A DNA stretch of 64,000 nucleotides from an uncultured bacterium (lineage in GTDB: Bacteria > Planctomycetota > JAJSAM01 > JAJVHW01), in NCBI GenBank assembly GCA_937996235.1, contig CALKVK010000033.1, forward strand, positions 58,722-122,721, read 5' to 3'. The notes under the pieces are model-generated. The model ran no database searches and was not told the DNA's origin. It saw only the letters and a list, made by a program, of their open reading frames with translations. Shown piece after piece: positions 59,506-64,000 of this stretch. Position 1 is the stretch's first letter. Each line of letters begins with the position of its first letter. A program made the position numbers and the translations under genes.

Positions 59506-60256
59506 CGCGCGCCGCGCCGAGCAGAGCAGCCACGTCCGCCTCGAGCGCCGCCGCGAGCTCCTTGCGATCCGTCCCGGTCCGGGGCGTCCCGACGTGGACG
59601 TCGGCCTCGATGGGGCCGGCGCGCAGCAGGCGCCATGCGTGCGCCACGAAGAGGGACGCGTCGTGCCACGCGACCACCTGCCGCGTGTCCAGGTCCGGCC
59701 GCCGCGGCAGGCGGTAGCTGACGGCCACCGGCACGCACGCCGTCCCGGTCTGCACCGCCGCCTCGAGGAACGAGCTGTGGAACGGCCCGACGCGATCACC
59801 CGGGCCGGCACGCCCCTCCAGGAAGACGACGAGCCGCCCGCCGCTCGCGAGCACGCGCCGCACGTCGTCGGTGGCGCGGTGCGTGTCGCGCCGTCGCGCG
59901 CGCTCCAGGAACACGGTCCCGCCGAGCCGCGCCAGCCAGCCGATGCCCGGCCAGCCGGCGACGTCCGCGCGCGAGACGAACGCACAGCCCGCGACGCTCC
60001 CGACGGCGAGCACGTCCACGTACGAGACGTGGTTCGGCGCGAGCAGGGCGGGACGCGGGGGCGCGGGACCGCGGACGCGGAGGCGGACGCCGAGGCCCGC
60101 CGCGACCGCCCGGCACCAGAGACGTGTCACGGCGCCGAGCGAGCGTGTGGCGAGTGCTGCTCCGAGCAGCCTCGAGCACATCGCCAGCACGGCGAGCGGC
60201 GCGATCCCGAGGCTGATCAGCGCTGCGAGCGCGATCCGAGTGATGGCGCCGATCAT
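59462..60256 (-). CDS. plsC: 1-acyl-sn-glycerol-3-phosphate acyltransferase family protein
   Basis: An N-terminal TM helix is followed by the HX4D motif 'APNHVSYVDV', 'FLEGRAG' and 'VPVAV'. The start is set at the ATG at 60254-60256. The 3' end overlaps the convergent M16 gene by 44 nt. Confidence 0.75.
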   Translation of the reverse strand: MIGAITRIALAALISLGIAPLAVLAMCSRLLGAALATRSLGAVTRLWCRAVAAGLGVRLRVRGPAPPRPALLAPNHVSYVDVLAVGSVAGCAFVSRADVAGWPGIGWLARLGGTVFLERARRRDTHRATDDVRRVLASGGRLVVFLEGRAGPGDRVGPFHSSFLEAAVQTGTACVPVAVSYRLPRRPDLDTRQVVAWHDASLFVAHAWRLLRAGPIEADVHVGTPRTGTDRKELAAALEADVAALLGAARVSADRSPAPTARSA

Positions 60257-60453
60257 CGCCGAGTAGAGCGCGACTCGCCACGCCCGCGCGGGTTCTCTGG
60301 TAGCATGCGCACGTGCACGAGGGCTCAGTGAACACCGGAGGGAGCTGCCGGACCATCGGAGAAGCCGCGGCGCGGCGTGATTCGCGTCGCGCGCGTAACG
60401 GCCTCGCACCGGACTCGGAGGAGGGTTCGGAACGAGCGACGGACGAGGAACGA

Positions 60454-62226
60454 GTGACCGCCGCAACCGACGTGGCCCTCTACGAGCGCTGGCTGACGGC
60501 GCGTGACGCATCCGCCTTCGCGGAGCTCGCGCGTCTCCATGCGCCGGTGGTCTACGACCTCGCGCTGCGGTACTCGGGAGACGCCGCGCTCGCCGAGGAT
60601 CTGGTCCAGGAAGCCCTGCTCGACCTGGCGCTCGCCGGCACCCGCAAGCCGGCCGACGTCGGGGTCGTCGCCTGGCTGGCCCGCTTCGCGATCTGCCGTG
60701 CCCGCAACGCGCGCTCCTCGGAGCGCAGCCGCACACGGCGCCAGCGCGTGGTGGGGGCGGCCCGGCGGGAGGACGCGATGCCCGACGACCGCCTGGAACG
60801 CGACGACGAGCTGGAGCACGCGCTGTCCCGCGCCGCGCCCGGCGAGCGCGTCGTCCTGGCCATGCGCTACCTCCACGAGTGGGAGTACGACCGCATCGCG
60901 GCCTCGCTCGGGATCAGCGAGGGCGCCGCGCGCGTGCGCGTCCACCGCGCCCTCGGCTCGCTGCGGGCACGCCTCGGCGTGGACGCCGCCGACGGGACCT
61001 GCCGCGCGCCGTCCGGCGGCCGCGGCGCGACGCTCCCCGGCGCGCTCGCCGCGCTCCCGCTCTCCCGCATGCCCGACGGGCTCGTGGACCTCGCCGTGGA
61101 CCGTGCGCTGCGCGCCGCCGAGGCGGCCGCGGCCGGCGCAGGCGCGGCGTCGTCCGCGGCACCCGCCGCGCGGCTGAGTCTCCACGCGCTCGGACTCTCG
61201 ACGTTCCTCGTCGTCACGGTCGCCTCGGGCCTCACCTTCCTGGGCGACACGCCGTCTGCGCGCGACCTCCCCGTGGCGGCGCGGCCGGTCCACACCCCGC
61301 TCGTCGCGAGCGCGCCGGCGACGGCCCGCGAGACGACGCCGCCCACCGACCGGCGCGGCGGCGTCCCGCGGCCGCCCGAATGGGACCGCGGCGAACTCGC
61401 GCGGCTCCGGACCCACGGTCGAGAGACCGACACGAACGTCCCCGCCGCCGGGGCCGGCGGCGCCGCACCGACCCTTCCTGCCGCCGCCGACCCGGCTGCG
61501 GCGTTCTCTCCGTCCCTGGACGTGCTCCGCCCGATTCAGCGGGGCGTACGCGCTGCGACGTGCGACCTCGTCTCGTCCGATGGCGAGCGGGCGGGCACTT
61601 CCGAGGGACGGACCCCCGTGGTCGGCACCCGCGTCGGTGCGGACGCGCGGACCGCGACCGTGGCGGAGTCCAGGGAGGTCGCCCCCGGTCTGCCGCCGGA
61701 GCTCGTCGCCGATATCGCGCGCGCGCCACGGGCGCTGCGCTCGGCGCCCCGCCGCCTCGACGACCTCGCCCCGGAACAGACCGAGCTGCTGCGACGCGCC
61801 GCGGCGCTCCTGCGCGAGATCGTCGGTCCCTCCGTCACCGAGTCCCCCGAGCCCCTGGGTCGCCGCGAACTGAGCGCGCACGCGCGCAAGCTCCGCCGCG
61901 ACTACCGCGCCGCACGCCGTGAGTTGCGTCAGGCGGCGGCCACGGACGACACCGCGGAGTTCGCTGGCGCGACCGCGCGGCTCTCGCAGACCGTGTCGGC
62001 GCAACGCGTCGTGCGGCTGCTGATGACGCAGGTCCTGCCCGGCGCCGACGCCGCTGACAGCGTCGACTGGCCGGAGGGCGCGGACCTGACCGCGACCCTG
62101 GAAGAGGTCGTCGCCATCCTCGGCACGCTCCTGCCCGACGGCGCCGCCGGCGACGGTGCGGCGGCGCCGGCAGGCGAGACCGACCTCCTGCCCGACGGCG
62201 CCCTCCCGCAGGGGCGGCGACCGTGA
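60454..62226 (+). CDS. ECF sigma factor fused to a TM helix and a ~300-aa C-terminal extension
   Basis: The GTG at 60454 follows GAGGAA. Region 2 is 'ALAEDLVQEALLDLA' and region 4 is 'WEYDRIAASLGISEGAARVRVHRALGSLRARL'. The TM helix is 'LGLSTFLVVTVASGLTFL'. A Pro/Ala-rich linker and a helical C-terminal domain follow. Confidence 0.7.
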   Translation: MTAATDVALYERWLTARDASAFAELARLHAPVVYDLALRYSGDAALAEDLVQEALLDLALAGTRKPADVGVVAWLARFAICRARNARSSERSRTRRQRVVGAARREDAMPDDRLERDDELEHALSRAAPGERVVLAMRYLHEWEYDRIAASLGISEGAARVRVHRALGSLRARLGVDAADGTCRAPSGGRGATLPGALAALPLSRMPDGLVDLAVDRALRAAEAAAAGAGAASSAAPAARLSLHALGLSTFLVVTVASGLTFLGDTPSARDLPVAARPVHTPLVASAPATARETTPPTDRRGGVPRPPEWDRGELARLRTHGRETDTNVPAAGAGGAAPTLPAAADPAAAFSPSLDVLRPIQRGVRAATCDLVSSDGERAGTSEGRTPVVGTRVGADARTATVAESREVAPGLPPELVADIARAPRALRSAPRRLDDLAPEQTELLRRAAALLREIVGPSVTESPEPLGRRELSAHARKLRRDYRAARRELRQAAATDDTAEFAGATARLSQTVSAQRVVRLLMTQVLPGADAADSVDWPEGADLTATLEEVVAILGTLLPDGAAGDGAAAPAGETDLLPDGALPQGRRP

Positions 62227-62795
62227 GGGGGCGTCTGCGCCGCCTGCTCGTGGCCGCGGCGACGGCCGCGCTCGTGGGTGTCGTCGGCGTCGCGCTCCTG
62301 CCGGTGCCGGACGCCGCCGCGGTCGGCAGCGCCGACGCGGTGGGCGCGTGGCTCATCGCGCTCCGGGGCGATGGCTTCGACCGCAACGCGACCTCGGGCT
62401 CGTACAGCCAGGAGACCGTGCGCGGCCGCGCCGTGCTGAACGTCGGGCGCGCCACGGGCGACGGCGACCCGCGCCGCCTGCGCGTCGAGGTCGTGCTCGA
62501 GCGCGCGCTCGCCGGCTCGCTCATCGACCGTGCGACGCCGTCGGTCGCCCTGGCGGGCGAGGGCGTGCTCGTCGGCGACTCGCTGACCGTCATCGGCGCC
62601 GGGCAGGCGAACTTCGTCAACGCGCTCACGCTGCGCTTCTCGCGCGGCGGCAAGCGGGTGGACGGCTGGTGGCTCGCGTCCTTCCCCGGCAGCTCGGTGG
62701 ACTCGGGCTTCGTGGGCGGCTTCGGGACCACGTTCAAGGGCAAGCGGGTGAAGGCGTCCGCCGCGGCGAACGCCGCGGCCGCCACGCGCCGCTGA
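62223..62795 (+). CDS. Hypothetical secreted protein (190 aa)
   Basis: The GTG start overlaps the sigma-fusion stop (GTGA). The signal peptide is 'LLVAAATAALVGVVGVALL'. I recognise no motif. Confidence 0.5.
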   Translation: MRGRLRRLLVAAATAALVGVVGVALLPVPDAAAVGSADAVGAWLIALRGDGFDRNATSGSYSQETVRGRAVLNVGRATGDGDPRRLRVEVVLERALAGSLIDRATPSVALAGEGVLVGDSLTVIGAGQANFVNALTLRFSRGGKRVDGWWLASFPGSSVDSGFVGGFGTTFKGKRVKASAAANAAAATRR

Positions 62796-62875
62796 CGCTT
62801 CGTGGGGCCGCGCCCCCGCGCGGGCGGTACAGTGGGACCGGCGCAGAGCCCGACGAGTACCCAGGAGGCGCCGCC

Positions 62876-63097
62876 ATGTCGCTCGTCCCCGTCCCCCTCG
62901 CGTTCCTCGGTACGACGGAACTGATCGTCATCGCCGTGATCGCGCTCCTGCTCTTCGGCACGCGGCTGCCCAAGGTCGCGCGCTCCCTCGGCCAGTCGGT
63001 CACCGAGTTCAAGTCGGGGCTGGAGGAGGGCAAGCGCGACGCCGAGCGCCCGCGCGGCGACTACGAGACCGGGCGCAGCCGCGACGAGGATCGTTGA
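62876..63097 (+). CDS. tatA: Twin-arginine translocase subunit TatA/E
   Basis: 'LGTTELIVIAVIALLLFGTRLPKVARSLGQSVTEFKSG' matches TatA. The ATG follows AGGAGG. The protein is 73 aa. Confidence 0.9.
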   Translation: MSLVPVPLAFLGTTELIVIAVIALLLFGTRLPKVARSLGQSVTEFKSGLEEGKRDAERPRGDYETGRSRDEDR

Positions 63098-63525
63098 CGT
63101 CACCCTTCCCGCGGCTCCAGCCCGAGGGCTGGCCGCGACCGCGCGGCTACGCGAACGGGGTGCTCGTCCCGCCGGGCCACGCGCTGGTGTTCACGGCCGG
63201 CATGGTGGGCTGGGACGCGCAGGAGCACATCGTCCCGGGCGGTTTCGCCGCGCAGTTCGAGCAGGCGCTCGCGAACGTCCTCGCCGTGGTGCGCGCGGCC
63301 GGCGGCGGACCGGAGCACGTGGTGCGGCTCACGGCGTACGTCGTGGACCGCCGCGCGTATCTCGGCTCGCTCGCGGAGCTCGGCGGCGTCTGGAAGCGCG
63401 TGATGGGGCGCTCCTACCCGGCGATGGCGCTCGTGCAGGTCGCCGGACTGGTCGAGGACGGAGCGCTCGTCGAGATCGAGGGCACGGCGGCCGTGCCCGC
63501 GGCGCTCAGCGTCCCAGCTTCTTGA
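63094..63525 (+). CDS. RidA/YjgF family protein
   Basis: 'GYANGVLV...LVFTAGMVG', 'QALANVLAVVRAAGG...VVRLTAYV' and 'YPAMALVQVAGL......VEIEGTA' match. The TTG start overlaps the tatA stop. Confidence 0.75.
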   Translation: MTSPFPRLQPEGWPRPRGYANGVLVPPGHALVFTAGMVGWDAQEHIVPGGFAAQFEQALANVLAVVRAAGGGPEHVVRLTAYVVDRRAYLGSLAELGGVWKRVMGRSYPAMALVQVAGLVEDGALVEIEGTAAVPAALSVPAS

Positions 63526-64000
63526 GCGCCTGCGCTCCGTACTGCTCCGCCACGCGGGACGGGTAGGGTCTCCCGTCCACCTCGGCCGACGGGTTCGCGC
63601 GGAGCTTCGCGCACTCGAGGACCTTCTCGTACTCGCCCGCCTCGTACCAGTACTTGCACAGGTTCTCGAGCGCGTCCCAGTAGCCGCGGCAGACCGCGCG
63701 CCCATGCGTCTCCACGTCCTCGCGCACGCGCAGGAACATCGGCAGGGCCGCGTCCTTCCGGTCGCGCAGGTGGAACAGGTAGATGACCGCCGTGTCGTTG
63801 ACGTAGTCGAGGTCGTCCGGCGCCGCCGCGAGCGCCGCCTGGTAGTAGCGCAGGCTCTTCTCGTAGTCGCGTCCGACGTCGCGGTACCAGAGCCCCGCGT
63901 TGTTGCCGAAGCGGCCGTCGGACGGGTTCGCGCGCACGAGCGCGTCGTACGCGCGGTCGCGCACCGCGGCCGCGAGCTGCTGCGCGCGCGCGTCGCGGTG
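63506..64000 (-). CDS. TPR-repeat protein, 5' end beyond the window
   Basis: The frame stays open to base 64000. TPR-like pattern: 'NNAGLWYRDVGRDYEKSLRYYQAALAAAPDD', 'YWDALENLCKYWYEAGEYEKVLECA'. The 3' end overlaps ridA by 20 nt. Confidence 0.65.
   Translation of the reverse strand, partial: HRDARAQQLAAAVRDRAYDALVRANPSDGRFGNNAGLWYRDVGRDYEKSLRYYQAALAAAPDDLDYVNDTAVIYLFHLRDRKDAALPMFLRVREDVETHGRAVCRGYWDALENLCKYWYEAGEYEKVLECAKLRANPSAEVDGRPYPSRVAEQYGAQALKKLGR

Overview
Very GC-rich segment (by eye over 70% G+C, not computed) with strong G/C at codon position 3. It is gene-dense: I call 56 CDS. I saw no rRNA, tRNA, CRISPR array, transposase or integrase. Many long Arg/Ala/Pro-rich ORFs in the six-frame track are GC artefacts that overlap the real genes. 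Taxonomy is not determinable from here; the content fits a high-GC Myxococcota- or Planctomycetota-like genome.

Main content, in order:
- a truncated HEAT/vWA protein and a FliA-type sigma-28;
- an ECF sigma / anti-sigma / secreted-protein operon, divergent from a fused membrane spermidine-synthase-like protein;
- a cyclophilin and a hybrid histidine kinase;
- a GntR(YtrA)-ABC operon with a perfect inverted-repeat operator;
- boxR-boxC-boxB of the aerobic benzoyl-CoA pathway, without boxA;
- a nine-gene System I cytochrome c maturation operon with a CxxxY-type CcmE;
- an HNH (DUF222-like) gene with atypical codon usage;
- a PduO-type adenosyltransferase next to B12-dependent NrdJ, with tandem NrdR-box-like sites;
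- hemX-hemA-hemC-hemD-hemB-hemL and, convergently, hemE-hemN-hemY;
- a PadR/DUF1700-like domain fused to signal peptidase I, in an operon with an alpha/beta hydrolase and a molybdopterin-domain/pentapeptide fusion;
- a CPBP protease, two DUF1570-like HExxH proteins, a sulfotransferase and a glycosyltransferase;
- an M16 peptidase pair, PlsC, a membrane-tethered ECF sigma, TatA, RidA and a truncated TPR protein.

I found no clear-cut defence system or mobile island. The best candidates for undescribed biology are:
1. two non-canonical genes inside the ccm operon that look like a split, non-TPR CcmI replacement;
2. the PadR-DUF1700-S26 signal peptidase fusion and its operon partners;
3. the CxxxY-CcmE operon that nevertheless keeps a CcmH-like gene with altered cysteine motifs;
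4. a 657-bp structured, relatively AT-rich non-coding region upstream of fliA.

All functional calls rest on motif recognition by eye. No database search was run.
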